The translations under genes and the position numbers were made by a program. From Clostridia bacterium (GTDB lineage Bacteria > Bacillota > Clostridia > Oscillospirales > CAG-272): 44,605 nt of DNA. Below the pieces are notes generated by a model. It was given only the letters and a program-made list of their open reading frames with translations. It was not told the origin of the DNA and ran no database searches. Below, in pieces: positions 8,031 through 17,992 of this stretch. Location of the stretch: assembly GCA_017481265.1 (NCBI GenBank), contig JAFUPK010000066.1, forward strand, positions 1-44,605, in the 5' to 3' direction. The stretch's first letter is position 1. Every line of letters starts with the position of its first letter.

Positions 8031-8957
8031 ATGGCAAGAAAAAAAGACAGCCCTGTCAGCGGCGTCATAGTTATAGATAAGCATGAGGGCGTCACCTCAT
8101 TTCGCATAATCTCCATTCTGAGACGGCTCTTTGATACCTCTCAGGTTGGACATACGGGAACTCTCGACCCTTTGGCGACGGGAGTCCTTCCCGTACTTAT
8201 CGGACGTGCCGTAAAGGCGTCCGAATACATAATGTCACAGGACAAGTGCTATACGGCTGAGCTGAAGCTGGGCGTTGAGACCGACACCGAGGATACTACA
8301 GGCGAGATCCTCCGCGTTTGCGACAGCATCCCCTGCGAGGATGAGGTGCGCCGCTGCATAGCTTCCTTTACGGGAGAGATCATGCAGGTGCCGCCCATGT
8401 ATTCCGCCATCAAGGTGGACGGAAGAAAGCTTGTGGATATCGCAAGAGAAGGCGGAGAGGTGGAGCGGAAGCCGAGGGCGGTCGCGATACACTCCATAGA
8501 GACCGAAATGCTGTCGCATGACACATACCGACTGCACGTTTCCTGCTCAAAGGGAACATATATACGTACTCTTTGCGCCGATATCGGAAAGAAGCTCGGC
8601 TGCGGAGCGGCAATGTCCGCGCTGAGACGTACGGAAACGGGCAACTTCACTCTCGCCGATGCTTACAGTATCGAACAGCTCGAGGGTATGACAGTGGAGA
8701 AACGCAGGGCTCTCGTTATGCCTGCGGAATCTCTGTTCACACAGCTTGAGGCTGTGGCTTTGCCGCAGTTTTACGCCAATCTGTTCATTTCGGGTGCGCC
8801 TCTTTACCAGAAGAAGCTCCGCGTGAGCATACCTTTTGGTGAATGCGTCCGCGTGAAGCATGGCGAGGAATTCCTCGGGCTCGGCAGATCGGACACGCTT
8901 TCCGACGGTACTCCCGTGCTGAAGGCAGAGAAGCTGTTCAGGCTTGAAAAAGTATAA
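8031..8957 (+). CDS. truB: tRNA pseudouridine(55) synthase
   Basis: GHTGTLDPLATGVLPVLIG catalytic-Asp motif and overall TruB layout. Confidence 0.95.
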   Translation: MARKKDSPVSGVIVIDKHEGVTSFRIISILRRLFDTSQVGHTGTLDPLATGVLPVLIGRAVKASEYIMSQDKCYTAELKLGVETDTEDTTGEILRVCDSIPCEDEVRRCIASFTGEIMQVPPMYSAIKVDGRKLVDIAREGGEVERKPRAVAIHSIETEMLSHDTYRLHVSCSKGTYIRTLCADIGKKLGCGAAMSALRRTETGNFTLADAYSIEQLEGMTVEKRRALVMPAESLFTQLEAVALPQFYANLFISGAPLYQKKLRVSIPFGECVRVKHGEEFLGLGRSDTLSDGTPVLKAEKLFRLEKV

Positions 8958-8990
8958 GCTAACCATAAGAATATAAGAAAGGACAGACCA

Positions 8991-10091
8991 ATGCTACGTA
9001 TCCTCCATACAGGCGATGTTCATCTCGACAGCCCCTTTTCGGGACTTGACCCGACCTTTGCCGAGGTGAGACGAAACGAGCTGCGCGCCGCCTTTACCTC
9101 CATGCTCCACTACGCCAGATGCGAAAAGGTGGACATGATCCTCATTGCAGGAGACCTCTTTGATGCTCAGTTCGTCACAAGGGAGACCCTTGCTCTGATA
9201 AAGCGCGAGTTTGAGAGCATCAAGTGCCCCATAATCATAAGTCCCGGCAACCATGACTCTGTCACGGAATCGGGCGTGTGGAAGCGCGGCGTGTTCCCCG
9301 ATAATACATACATATTCACAAACGACAGCCTTGAATACTTCGATTTTCCGGACCTCGGCGTCCGTGTGTGGGGCTGGGCGTTTACCTCCCATACTATGGA
9401 GAGCTCACCTCTTGTCGGCAGAAGGGCGGACGGAGAGGGCATCAACATACTCTGTGCTCACGGAGATATGTCCTCGGCAAGAAGCCTTTCGTGCCCGCTG
9501 ACCGTTGGAGAGCTTGAGGCATTCGGCGCAGATTATGCCGCCCTCGGACATATCCACAATCCGAAGGAGTACACTGAGCGTATCGCGTACTGCGGATGCC
9601 TTGAGGGACGTGCCTTTGACGAGACCGGTATAAAGGGCGCCCTTGATGTGACTCTGGACGGCGGACGTGTAACAAGAAAAAAGATCCGCTTCTCCAAGAG
9701 AAGGTACGAATGCGCTTCCCTTGACGTGTACGGAGCCGATTCCAATACGGAGCTTGCATCACGCATCGGTGAATTTATCATCTCCGAGCACTACGGCGAT
9801 GACACCATACTGAGACTTACTCTCACCGGAGAGGTGTCTCCATCCTTTGCGGTGAATACTGCTGTGCTCGAAAAGGCATCGGACAGAGTTTTTGCCCTGA
9901 AGGTGGAGGATGCCACGTCTCCCATGCTTGGCTCCGATGAGCTCAGACGCGACCCGACTCTCAGAGGCGAGCTTTACCGCGTTCTTGAGCCTGCGCTGAC
10001 CTGTGATGACCCGAGAGAGAGGGAAAAGGCATCTGCGGCGCTGAGAGTCGGACTTGCAGCCATCGCAGGAGAGAGCGTGGAGCTGGGATAA
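8991..10091 (+). CDS. Metallophosphoesterase, SbcD/Mre11-like nuclease (YhaO-like)
   Basis: Calcineurin-like nuclease motifs: MLRILHTGDVHLDSPF, IAGDLFD, GNHD, GHIH. Confidence 0.8.
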   Translation: MLRILHTGDVHLDSPFSGLDPTFAEVRRNELRAAFTSMLHYARCEKVDMILIAGDLFDAQFVTRETLALIKREFESIKCPIIISPGNHDSVTESGVWKRGVFPDNTYIFTNDSLEYFDFPDLGVRVWGWAFTSHTMESSPLVGRRADGEGINILCAHGDMSSARSLSCPLTVGELEAFGADYAALGHIHNPKEYTERIAYCGCLEGRAFDETGIKGALDVTLDGGRVTRKKIRFSKRRYECASLDVYGADSNTELASRIGEFIISEHYGDDTILRLTLTGEVSPSFAVNTAVLEKASDRVFALKVEDATSPMLGSDELRRDPTLRGELYRVLEPALTCDDPREREKASAALRVGLAAIAGESVELG

Positions 10092-10148
10092 CAGCATAAG
10101 TGAATAGCAACGACAATCGAAAAGCAAATAATAAGAAAAGAGAAGCTT

Positions 10149-12401
10149 ATGTATATTAAAGAACTGTACATTAACGCGTTCGGTCCCATACTCGATGCCC
10201 ACCTTACCTTTGATCGGGGACTTAATGTCATTGAGGGCAGGAATGAGTCGGGTAAAAGCTCCGTCGCAATGTTTATAAAGTTTATTTTCTACGGACTCTC
10301 GGCAAGAAGCGGCGACTCGGTGTCCGAGCGCCAGCTCTATATAAACTGGAGCCGTGAGGTGGCAAGCGGCTATGCCGTTATCGTGATTCCGTCCAAGAAC
10401 GGAGAAAAAGCTCTGAGGATCGAGCGCACCGTTGCCGCACGTACCGATGCTGAGGGAAGGATCAAGTATTCCGAGCGACTTAAGGTGCTGGATCACGAGA
10501 CGGGTATGCCCATAGGTATCAAGGGACAGCCGGGTGAATACTTCTTCGGCGTTCCCGAGCAGGTATTTGTAAGCTCCGCCTTTGCCGCACAGGGCAGCGA
10601 TGTGCGCCCCGACAGCGCCGCCGTAAAGGAGGCTGTTGAGAATATCATTCTTGCCGCAGACGAAAACGTAAGCGTAAAGCGTGCTGTGGATGCCATCGAA
10701 AAGGCACGTGTCAAGCTCATGCACAAGAAGGGCGTGGGCGGTGAGATCTACGAGCTTGAGGAAAAGCGCAATGCTATTGAATCAAAGCTGATCTCCTCAC
10801 GGGACAGCTCGGCAAGGCTCATTAAGGCAGAGCTTTCTCTTGCTGACGTAAAGGGAAATATCGAGAGCGCCAAGACAAGGTGTGCTACCCTTGAGGAGAT
10901 ATCCGCCGTGCTTGAGATATTCTCGCGAAGGTCTGCGAAGACCAGGGTTGAAAAGGGTGAAGAAGAGCTTGAGCGCGTTAAGAAGAGGCTTGAAAGCGAG
11001 GATTTCGGCGGTGCCGAGGATGGCTTCCGTTCCTCCCTTGCAGTAGCCATACGCGATATGGAGCGGGGCGAAAAGCTTACCAAGGAATATAACGAAAAGG
11101 CAGAGTCTCTCCGAGAGAATTTCCCCGAGGGTGAGATGTATGACCCTGCCGAGGACGAGCAGTACGCGGAAAAGATGCTTATGCGCGGACGGAATGTGAC
11201 AGTTCCTGCCCTTATCCTCCTTGTGCTCGGTATTCTTGCATTTGCCGCGTCCTTTCTTCTGCGCCGCGGCTCGGAGCTGTACCTTCCCGTGTTCTGCGCA
11301 AGCGCGATCACCATTATGGTGGGCGTGTCCCTTACTATACTTGCTTCAGCATGGAAGCATGAGGCAAAGTGCGTGTTCGAGGACTGGAACGTAAACAACA
11401 TCGGAGAGCTTCGTGAGGCTGTGTCTGAAGCCCGCGCAATATATCTCTCCCTTGATAAGGAAAGAGCCGCAATGGAGGGTGCCGCCGCTGCAGCCGCAGA
11501 GGCAGAGAATACCCTTGATCTCCTTTCGACCTGTGCAAAGCTCGAAGTAAAAGAGGGAGAGGGCTTCCGCGAGCGTGCAAAGCGGCTGGTCATCTACTCT
11601 GCAGACTGTACCAAGAGAAAAAATGCGCTCGATGCCGAGCTTGCACGCCTTGAGGGACAGATAAGCGCAGACAGAGCATCCGCACCCGATCTTTCGGGGG
11701 AGGCGGATGAGCTTGAACGCATCAAGGACAGCGAAGCTTACCGTATAGCATCCGCTATGTCCGATGAGGAAAAGCGCGGCGTGGCTCGCGAGCTCCAGTT
11801 CACACGTATGAAGCTTGAGAATCTCCGCGGACGTGAGCTTGATCTCGAAAGAGAGTGCTCAAGCCTCCGTGCTACCGCTGTGTCTCCCTCGGCGGCGGCT
11901 GAACAGCTTGAGCAGCTTAATAATGTTATAGATAAAAAGAAGCAGAATCATGAGGCATATGTCCTTGCCGCCGCGGCTCTCCGTACCGCCAGCGAGAACA
12001 TCCGCCTGTCCGTGCTCCCCCGTCTTACCCGTGAGGCATCCGCCATCATGGAGCGCGTTACCGACGGAAAGTACGGTGAGCTGGGCGTGTCCGCGTCCTT
12101 TGATATGAATTTCCGCCATGGCGAGGCGGGTACTCTTGAGCTGGACTTCCTTTCTGCAGGTACCAGAGAGGCGGCATACATTGCGCTCCGCCTTGCTCTT
12201 GTACGTGCGCTGTATGACGAGGAAAAGAGACCTCCCGTCATCCTTGACGAAAGCCTTTGCTCCCTCGATGAGGAAAGAGTCCGCCGCGCAGTAGCCCTCC
12301 TTGACGAGAGCGATGTTCAGGTGTTCCTTTTCTCCTGCCGCAGTCTCGAAGGAGACCTTGCCTGCGGCACCAAGACCGTTATGAGATCGCGTACGGAATG
12401 A
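10149..12401 (+). CDS. SMC/Rad50-like AAA ATPase (YhaN-like) with a central membrane hairpin
   Basis: N-terminal Walker A GRNESGKSS and a C-terminal signature/Walker B region (VILDESLCSLDEERV). Long charged coiled-coil-like arms are interrupted by two hydrophobic helices encoded at about 11200-11352. Confidence 0.8.
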   Translation: MYIKELYINAFGPILDAHLTFDRGLNVIEGRNESGKSSVAMFIKFIFYGLSARSGDSVSERQLYINWSREVASGYAVIVIPSKNGEKALRIERTVAARTDAEGRIKYSERLKVLDHETGMPIGIKGQPGEYFFGVPEQVFVSSAFAAQGSDVRPDSAAVKEAVENIILAADENVSVKRAVDAIEKARVKLMHKKGVGGEIYELEEKRNAIESKLISSRDSSARLIKAELSLADVKGNIESAKTRCATLEEISAVLEIFSRRSAKTRVEKGEEELERVKKRLESEDFGGAEDGFRSSLAVAIRDMERGEKLTKEYNEKAESLRENFPEGEMYDPAEDEQYAEKMLMRGRNVTVPALILLVLGILAFAASFLLRRGSELYLPVFCASAITIMVGVSLTILASAWKHEAKCVFEDWNVNNIGELREAVSEARAIYLSLDKERAAMEGAAAAAAEAENTLDLLSTCAKLEVKEGEGFRERAKRLVIYSADCTKRKNALDAELARLEGQISADRASAPDLSGEADELERIKDSEAYRIASAMSDEEKRGVARELQFTRMKLENLRGRELDLERECSSLRATAVSPSAAAEQLEQLNNVIDKKKQNHEAYVLAAAALRTASENIRLSVLPRLTREASAIMERVTDGKYGELGVSASFDMNFRHGEAGTLELDFLSAGTREAAYIALRLALVRALYDEEKRPPVILDESLCSLDEERVRRAVALLDESDVQVFLFSCRSLEGDLACGTKTVMRSRTE

Positions 12402-12449
12402 TGCCGATGGACAAAATTCAGCAAAAAATGAAAAGGAGCGGCGACGAGC

Positions 12450-13760
12450 ATGAAAAAAAGTCCGTTTTTTGACCGAAAATATCTCTCCTCCGTTGCCGTA
12501 GGCGTGCTGTCCTTTGTCCTTGCGGCAACTGCGGTGGTGTATATCGGCTATCACATGAGTTCATCTGTGAAGGAGGGCGTGGACGTTTTCTACGCCACCT
12601 CGGGGCGTATCCCCCTCAATGTGGTCTGCGATGGCTATATACTGCGTGACGAAAGCGTGATCGACGGCGTTCCCTCGGGAGTGCTGACTCCCACTGTGGC
12701 TGACGGCGAAAAGGTTCGCTCCGGGAACAAGGTCGCCGATATATACAGCTCATCCTCTGCCGCGACCCAAAGCAAGATATCTTTGGTTGAGGATCAGATA
12801 AGCTTCTATGAAAAGTGTGCCTCATCCCATATTTCCGTTGGAGATACAACCCTTGTTGACCGTTCCTTGGCGGATTCCGTTTTGGCTATCCGACGTGCCG
12901 TCGAGGACGGAAAGGTCACGGCGGCTCTGTCGATGAAGTCGGACACCGTCCTTGATATAAGGCGTCTCGGCGTGCTCAGCGGAAGGGTCACGGATTATGA
13001 TGCCGTTATCACCTCACTCAAAAGCGAGCTTGCCACCCTGAAGGCAAGCATGGGAAACGTAAGCTCATCCGTATTTGCGCCGTACTCCGGCTACTACTTC
13101 TCAGTCACAGACGGATATGAGGACATCTTTTCTGTAAGCGATATAGATGCATTGACCTACTCCGGATTTTTTGAGATGGTCTCTGCCGCGGAAAACCGTG
13201 CTGTGACCGAGAGCTTGACACAGGGCAAGCTGGTGCGTGACTTCCGATGGTACGTGGCGTGTCCCATGTCTACGGCAGAGGCGTCATCCATGACCGAGGG
13301 TAAGAGCTACAGCGTGACCCTTGAGAACAACGCTGACGAAACGCTGTCAATGGAGCTCTGCACGGTGCTGTCCAATGCGTCGGATGCTGTTGCCGTTTTC
13401 CGCTGCAGCCGTATCCCCGACTCCTATGACTTCACAAGGTGCCAGAAGACCACTATTGAGATCGAAAGCTTCACAGGCTTCCGTATCCCCGCTGAGGCAG
13501 TACGCTTCCATGAGGGTATGCAGGGCGTGTTCATCAGAGATGAGGTCACGGTAAAGTTCCGCCGCATCAGCGTGGCGTATGAATCCGGCGGATATTTCTA
13601 CTGCAATGTGGTAGACGACACGGATGCTGAGCTTCCCACGGAAACAGACAGCGAGAGCACTGAGCAGGATAAACCCTATTACTCTTACCTGCGTGAGAAC
13701 GATATCGTCATAAGATCCGGCACGGGGCTATACGTCGGAATGACTCTTGACCTGAAGTAA
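12450..13760 (+). CDS. HlyD-like / membrane-fusion-like protein with an N-terminal TM anchor
   Basis: N-terminal TM helix (VAVGVLSFVLAATAVVYIGY), then a lipoyl-like hairpin (DGEKVRSGNKVADI) and a long helical segment. Assigned by resemblance only. Confidence 0.5.
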   Translation: MKKSPFFDRKYLSSVAVGVLSFVLAATAVVYIGYHMSSSVKEGVDVFYATSGRIPLNVVCDGYILRDESVIDGVPSGVLTPTVADGEKVRSGNKVADIYSSSSAATQSKISLVEDQISFYEKCASSHISVGDTTLVDRSLADSVLAIRRAVEDGKVTAALSMKSDTVLDIRRLGVLSGRVTDYDAVITSLKSELATLKASMGNVSSSVFAPYSGYYFSVTDGYEDIFSVSDIDALTYSGFFEMVSAAENRAVTESLTQGKLVRDFRWYVACPMSTAEASSMTEGKSYSVTLENNADETLSMELCTVLSNASDAVAVFRCSRIPDSYDFTRCQKTTIEIESFTGFRIPAEAVRFHEGMQGVFIRDEVTVKFRRISVAYESGGYFYCNVVDDTDAELPTETDSESTEQDKPYYSYLRENDIVIRSGTGLYVGMTLDLK

Positions 13761-13921
13761 AAAGCAGAGGCAAAGAGCAAAAAAACCAAGCGAAATACCA
13801 ATTAAATTCCAAACAAGACGGGCAAATCGCCAAAACTTCAAAAAACACAGGGAATATTGCACAAATCTGACACTCCTAAATTGTGCAAGTTTATGAAAAT
13901 TCCGAGGTGAAAAAAGTTAGG

Positions 13922-13950
13922 TTGATTATCTCGCAAAAAAGTGATATAAT
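13922..13950 (+). promoter_or_regulatory. Promoter of the peptide-binding lipoprotein gene
   Basis: TTGATT, 17-nt spacer, TATAAT. Followed by a leader of about 100 nt. Confidence 0.55.
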
Positions 13951-14058
13951 ATAGTGGAATCAAAGTATATATGATGCCCGACGTATGGTATGACTAATGA
14001 CCTTTCGTGCGACGGGGACTCGTATGTTATAAGAAAACCATCTTAGGAGGTTATACCC

Positions 14059-15984
14059 ATGAAAAAAATTCTCGCCCTTGCTATGGCGCTCGTTCTCCTT
14101 GCAACCGCTCTTATCGGTTGTACGACTCTGGAGAAGGACGCGGAAGGCAACTATGACCGCGGTGCTGTTGTCAAGATGTACCTCACCACGGAAGTGTTTA
14201 ACTTCGACCCCCAGATAGCCATCAATGATGATGCTATGCTCCAGATATTCAGCCTTCTCTATGAGGGCCTTACCAAGCTCGACTCCGACGGAGATTGGGA
14301 AAAGGCTATCATGGATGATTATGAGGTAAACGAGGACGACCGCGACGGTTACTCCATCCTCATTGATCTCAAGGATACCAAGTGGACCGACGGTCGTACC
14401 GTTCAGGCAAACGACTTCGTGTTCGCATGGAAGCGTCTTGTAAACCCCAACTCAAGAAGTGAGGCGGCGTCTCTCCTTTTTGATATCAAGAATGCTCGTA
14501 AGATCAACCAGGGTATTGTTTCTATCGACGATATGGGCGTATCCGCCGTTGATACATACACCCTCAAGGTAACCTTCGAAAACGAGAACGTTGACCTTGA
14601 CAGATTCTTCACAAACACTTCCTCCATCGCTCTCGTTCCCCTGAGAGAGGACGTTATCACACGTTTCATGTATCCCGATGTGATCCCCGAGATCACCACA
14701 GTCGAGACCACTGAGCCTGTGACCGATGCAAACGGAAATGTTATCACCGAGGAGACCACCATCGGTGAGCCCGCTGAGTATGATCCTGTTGAGTACGGTG
14801 ATTACTGGGCGCGCAGAGCAGGTGCTATCGTAACAAACGGTCCCTTCACCGTTAAGGTGAACGATGAGGCAGGCGAGCTCAGACTTGAGCGCTCCAGCTA
14901 CTACTACCGCGATACAGAGAAGAACGAATACCTTGACAAGTACGTTATCCCCTACAGACTTGTTACCGACTACTCAAACGGCGATGCTAAGGCTCAGCTT
15001 GAGCTTTACAATAACGAGGGTATCTTCTACGTTGGAAACCTTCCCCTTGACGAGCGTAAGAACTATGAGGACGACGCTGAAGTTTCCGACATGATGGTAA
15101 CTCACTCCTATTTCTTCAATACAGAGAATCCTATCTTCGCAGATGCTAAGGTAAGACGTGCGCTTTCTCTTGCACTTGACCGCGAGCACATTGCAGACCT
15201 TCTTACATTTGCTGCACCTGCTGTAGGCGTTATCCCCGAGGGGGCGTTCGATACAGATTATAAGTCTGACTTCAGAGAAGAGGGCGAGGATCTTATCGCT
15301 CCTACTGCTGACGAGGCTGCCGCTAAGGAGCTTCTCCGCGGTGTAAAGCTTGACAGCAAGTCCTTCTCCATTACTGTTCGCAACAACGAGGCTGACATAG
15401 CTGTTGCTGAGTATGCTAAGTCTCAGTGGGAGAAGCTCGGCTTTGATGTTGAGATCAATAAGGTCACAAAGAATGAGGTGGTCGAGCGCACCGATACATC
15501 CACAGATACTCCCTTTGAGTATGTAATGGATGCATTCCAGGAGCTCTACGATACACGTGACTTCGACGTTATCGCAGTTGATATGAATATGTACTCTCCC
15601 GACCCCTTCAACGCACTTGCTCAGTTCGCAGGCGACTTCTCCGGTAACGGCGCTGATATGCTCAGCGAAAATATCGACATCAACCTCCATGTAACAGGCT
15701 ACAACAATGATAAGTACATCGAAATCATCGAGAAAGCGTATGAAGCTACCGATGAGGACGAGAGAGCAGCTCTTCTCCATGAGGCTGAGAAGCTTCTCGT
15801 TGACGATATGCCCGTATGCCCTGTAGTTACACTCCAGTCCGCATATATTGCAAACGATATCCTTTCCGGAATCAAGACGACCTACTACGGCACAACAGAC
15901 TTCAAGCGTATGAAGATGAAGGATTACATGGACTACAAGGAAGAGGAGACCGAGATGGCTCAGACTCCCTCCGACGAGGAATGA
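14059..15984 (+). CDS. ABC transporter substrate-binding lipoprotein, family 5 (peptide/oligopeptide type)
   Basis: Lipoprotein signal LLATALIGC and OppA/DppA-like length and motifs (NPNSRSEAASLL, WTDG). Strong RBS AGGAGG. No permease or ATPase gene is adjacent. Confidence 0.85.
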   Translation: MKKILALAMALVLLATALIGCTTLEKDAEGNYDRGAVVKMYLTTEVFNFDPQIAINDDAMLQIFSLLYEGLTKLDSDGDWEKAIMDDYEVNEDDRDGYSILIDLKDTKWTDGRTVQANDFVFAWKRLVNPNSRSEAASLLFDIKNARKINQGIVSIDDMGVSAVDTYTLKVTFENENVDLDRFFTNTSSIALVPLREDVITRFMYPDVIPEITTVETTEPVTDANGNVITEETTIGEPAEYDPVEYGDYWARRAGAIVTNGPFTVKVNDEAGELRLERSSYYYRDTEKNEYLDKYVIPYRLVTDYSNGDAKAQLELYNNEGIFYVGNLPLDERKNYEDDAEVSDMMVTHSYFFNTENPIFADAKVRRALSLALDREHIADLLTFAAPAVGVIPEGAFDTDYKSDFREEGEDLIAPTADEAAAKELLRGVKLDSKSFSITVRNNEADIAVAEYAKSQWEKLGFDVEINKVTKNEVVERTDTSTDTPFEYVMDAFQELYDTRDFDVIAVDMNMYSPDPFNALAQFAGDFSGNGADMLSENIDINLHVTGYNNDKYIEIIEKAYEATDEDERAALLHEAEKLLVDDMPVCPVVTLQSAYIANDILSGIKTTYYGTTDFKRMKMKDYMDYKEEETEMAQTPSDEE

Positions 15985-16002
15985 TCAAGTAAAGCTAATA
16001 AT

Positions 16003-16036
16003 GTAAGGCTTCCGACACTCGGAAGCCTTACATTTC
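16003..16036 (+). terminator. Terminator after the binding-protein gene
   Basis: Stem GTAAGGCTTCCG/CGGAAGCCTTAC followed by ATTT. Confidence 0.7.
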
Positions 16037-16080
16037 GCGCTCGTGTCCGAATTCGTAAGAAGTGAAAAGGATTTACCTTT

Positions 16081-16746
16081 ATGAAAATGACCTTGAAAAA
16101 TCCCGAGGAGATCAAGATATTTATTCTGTATCTTCTTGACCGTATCGGGTACCCCCTAAGCTATTCCGATCTGGGAACTATAGTGATCCGCGACGGAGTA
16201 ATAGATTATTTTGCATATTTTGAGTATTTTTCCGAGCTTGTGGAGTCGGGACATATTGCCGCTGTTACCGAATCTGAATCGGACAGTCAGAACAGCAGAT
16301 CACATTATGAAAAGCTTCCCGAGGCTGAGGCAAAGGAGCGCCTTGACGGAGAGGCGAAGTACCCACGTCCCACAGGTGAAGAGCTCAGCGACCCCGCGAT
16401 GAAGTATTTTGTGACCTCCACAGGTCGCCTTATTGCCAGAAGTCTTTCGGAGAACATACTGATGGCGGCTGTCCGCGAAAAAAGCTATATCAGCGCAATG
16501 CGCCATCTGTCCCTTGAGAAAAAAGGTGCTGTTTGCGACCAGACCTTTGAGATAGACGGCGATGCTTTTCTGTTCCATTGTTCCATCAATGATAAGGACG
16601 GAGTCGCGCTGGACCTTTCGGTAAGAGCGGATACCGTGTACCAGCTTAACAGGATGAGACTTAATTTTGATGAAAAGCCCGATGTTATCATGCGCGGCAT
16701 AATCGCGCTTCTTACGGGCAATGTGAATTATTTATTCGACGAATAA
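16081..16746 (+). CDS. DUF4364 family protein (winged-helix-like N-terminus)
   Basis: The N-terminus IKIFILYLLDRIGYPLSYSDL...YFSELVESGHI resembles the DUF4364 pattern. Confidence 0.6.
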   Translation: MKMTLKNPEEIKIFILYLLDRIGYPLSYSDLGTIVIRDGVIDYFAYFEYFSELVESGHIAAVTESESDSQNSRSHYEKLPEAEAKERLDGEAKYPRPTGEELSDPAMKYFVTSTGRLIARSLSENILMAAVREKSYISAMRHLSLEKKGAVCDQTFEIDGDAFLFHCSINDKDGVALDLSVRADTVYQLNRMRLNFDEKPDVIMRGIIALLTGNVNYLFDE

Positions 16747-16830
16747 TGCGTTTTTTGTCGAGATATCCACATTATCGACACTTTTTGATACATAATTTAT
16801 AAAAATAAGCGAAAAAGTTTTAAAAAACTA

Positions 16831-16859
16831 TTGACGAACTGAGAATTGGATGATATAAT
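16831..16859 (+). promoter_or_regulatory. Sigma-factor gene promoter
   Basis: TTGACG, 17-nt spacer, TATAAT. Confidence 0.6.
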
Positions 16860-16910
16860 ATTTCCATAAAGCCATTATTGTATCCAGCTTTCGGTAAGAA
16901 AAGGTAAGCT

Positions 16911-17504
16911 ATGACTGATAAAGAGACTCTATCCCTTTTGAAGCGTGTATCCGAGGGAGATGAGTACGCCTTTGAGCTCCTCTCCGATAAGTATAAAACG
17001 CTTACAGACACGGCGGCGGCAAGGGCGGCAAAAAGTCTTGAGTCATCGGCTCTCACAACGGCTGAGAGTACCGAGGATCTGAAGCAGGAGGCTCAGCTTG
17101 CGCTGTACAAGGCAGCACTGAGGTATGACCGCGACGGAATGAGTGACAAGGTCACCTTCGGTCTTTTCGCCAAGATATGCGTTCGCAATGCCATGATCTC
17201 ACAGATAAGGCGTGCGGCGGCAAAGAGGAGACGCCACGAGAAGGCGGCGATGTCCTATGAGAGGATCGCACAGGAGGATCTCTCGGCGGATGTCACATCT
17301 GCCTCTGCCATATCGCGAATAGAGCTGGATCGGATAATCGAAAAGAGCGGCAGTACGCTGTCGGATTACGAGCGTGCTGTGTTAATGTTATATTTACAAG
17401 GCAAATCCAGTTCGGAGATTGCACTTCAGCAAGGAAGAACCGCAAAATCAGTGAGCAACGCGATATATCGTATTAAGGTAAAGCTGAAAGGTTTGTCAGA
17501 ATAA
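16911..17504 (+). CDS. Sigma-70 family RNA polymerase sigma factor (SigH-like layout)
   Basis: Region 2 (QEAQLALYKAALRYD ... TFGLFAKICVRNAMISQIRR) and a region 4 HTH (LSDYERAVLMLYLQGKSSSEIA). A consensus promoter lies at 16831-16859. Confidence 0.8.
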   Translation: MTDKETLSLLKRVSEGDEYAFELLSDKYKTLTDTAAARAAKSLESSALTTAESTEDLKQEAQLALYKAALRYDRDGMSDKVTFGLFAKICVRNAMISQIRRAAAKRRRHEKAAMSYERIAQEDLSADVTSASAISRIELDRIIEKSGSTLSDYERAVLMLYLQGKSSSEIALQQGRTAKSVSNAIYRIKVKLKGLSE

Positions 17505-17636
17505 TATATTATGCCGAAAGGCTAAATATAAAATACGCCCGGATAGCTTAACTCAGAGCGTTGTTTACAAAGGTGACGGTTTAAATCCGTCGAGGGCAGA
17601 AAAATCCTTATTTATTTTTAAGCGAGGTAACTCAAA

Positions 17637-17918
17637 ATGTACCAGGACAAGACCCTTAAGTGCAAGGAATGCGGCAACGAGTTCGTATTCACAGCAGGCG
17701 AGCAGGAATTCTACGCAGAGAAGGGATTCCAGAACGAGCCTCAGAGATGCAAGGCGTGCCGTGACGCACGTAAAAACGCTAACCGTGAACCCAGAGAGAT
17801 GTTCACAACTGTTTGCCACAAGTGCGGCAAGGAAGCTAAGGTTCCTTTCCAGCCCAATAGTGACAGACCTGTATATTGCAGCGAATGCTTTGCTGAGATG
17901 AAAGAGCAGCAGGCATAA
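17637..17918 (+). CDS. Double zinc-ribbon protein (CxxC-x17-CxxC domain family)
   Basis: CKEC...CKAC followed by CHKC-x17-CSEC. Short, highly charged protein. Confidence 0.8.
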   Translation: MYQDKTLKCKECGNEFVFTAGEQEFYAEKGFQNEPQRCKACRDARKNANREPREMFTTVCHKCGKEAKVPFQPNSDRPVYCSECFAEMKEQQA

Positions 17919-17940
17919 GTTACATAGACAATAATATGAT

Positions 17941-17969
17941 AAGCCGAGATACGTTAAGTATCTCGGCTT
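17941..17969. terminator. Bidirectional terminator between the zinc-ribbon gene and thiT
   Basis: Stem AAGCCGAGATA/TATCTCGGCTT, with T/A tracts on both sides, between convergent genes. Confidence 0.7.
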
Positions 17970-17992
17970 GTTATATTGTGTTAAGCTTTTCT

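Noticed and set aside
16763-16771. DnaA-box-like ATATCCACA.
   Set aside because: It is a single copy with no cluster, no AT-rich unwinding element and no dnaA/dnaN context, so it is not an origin.
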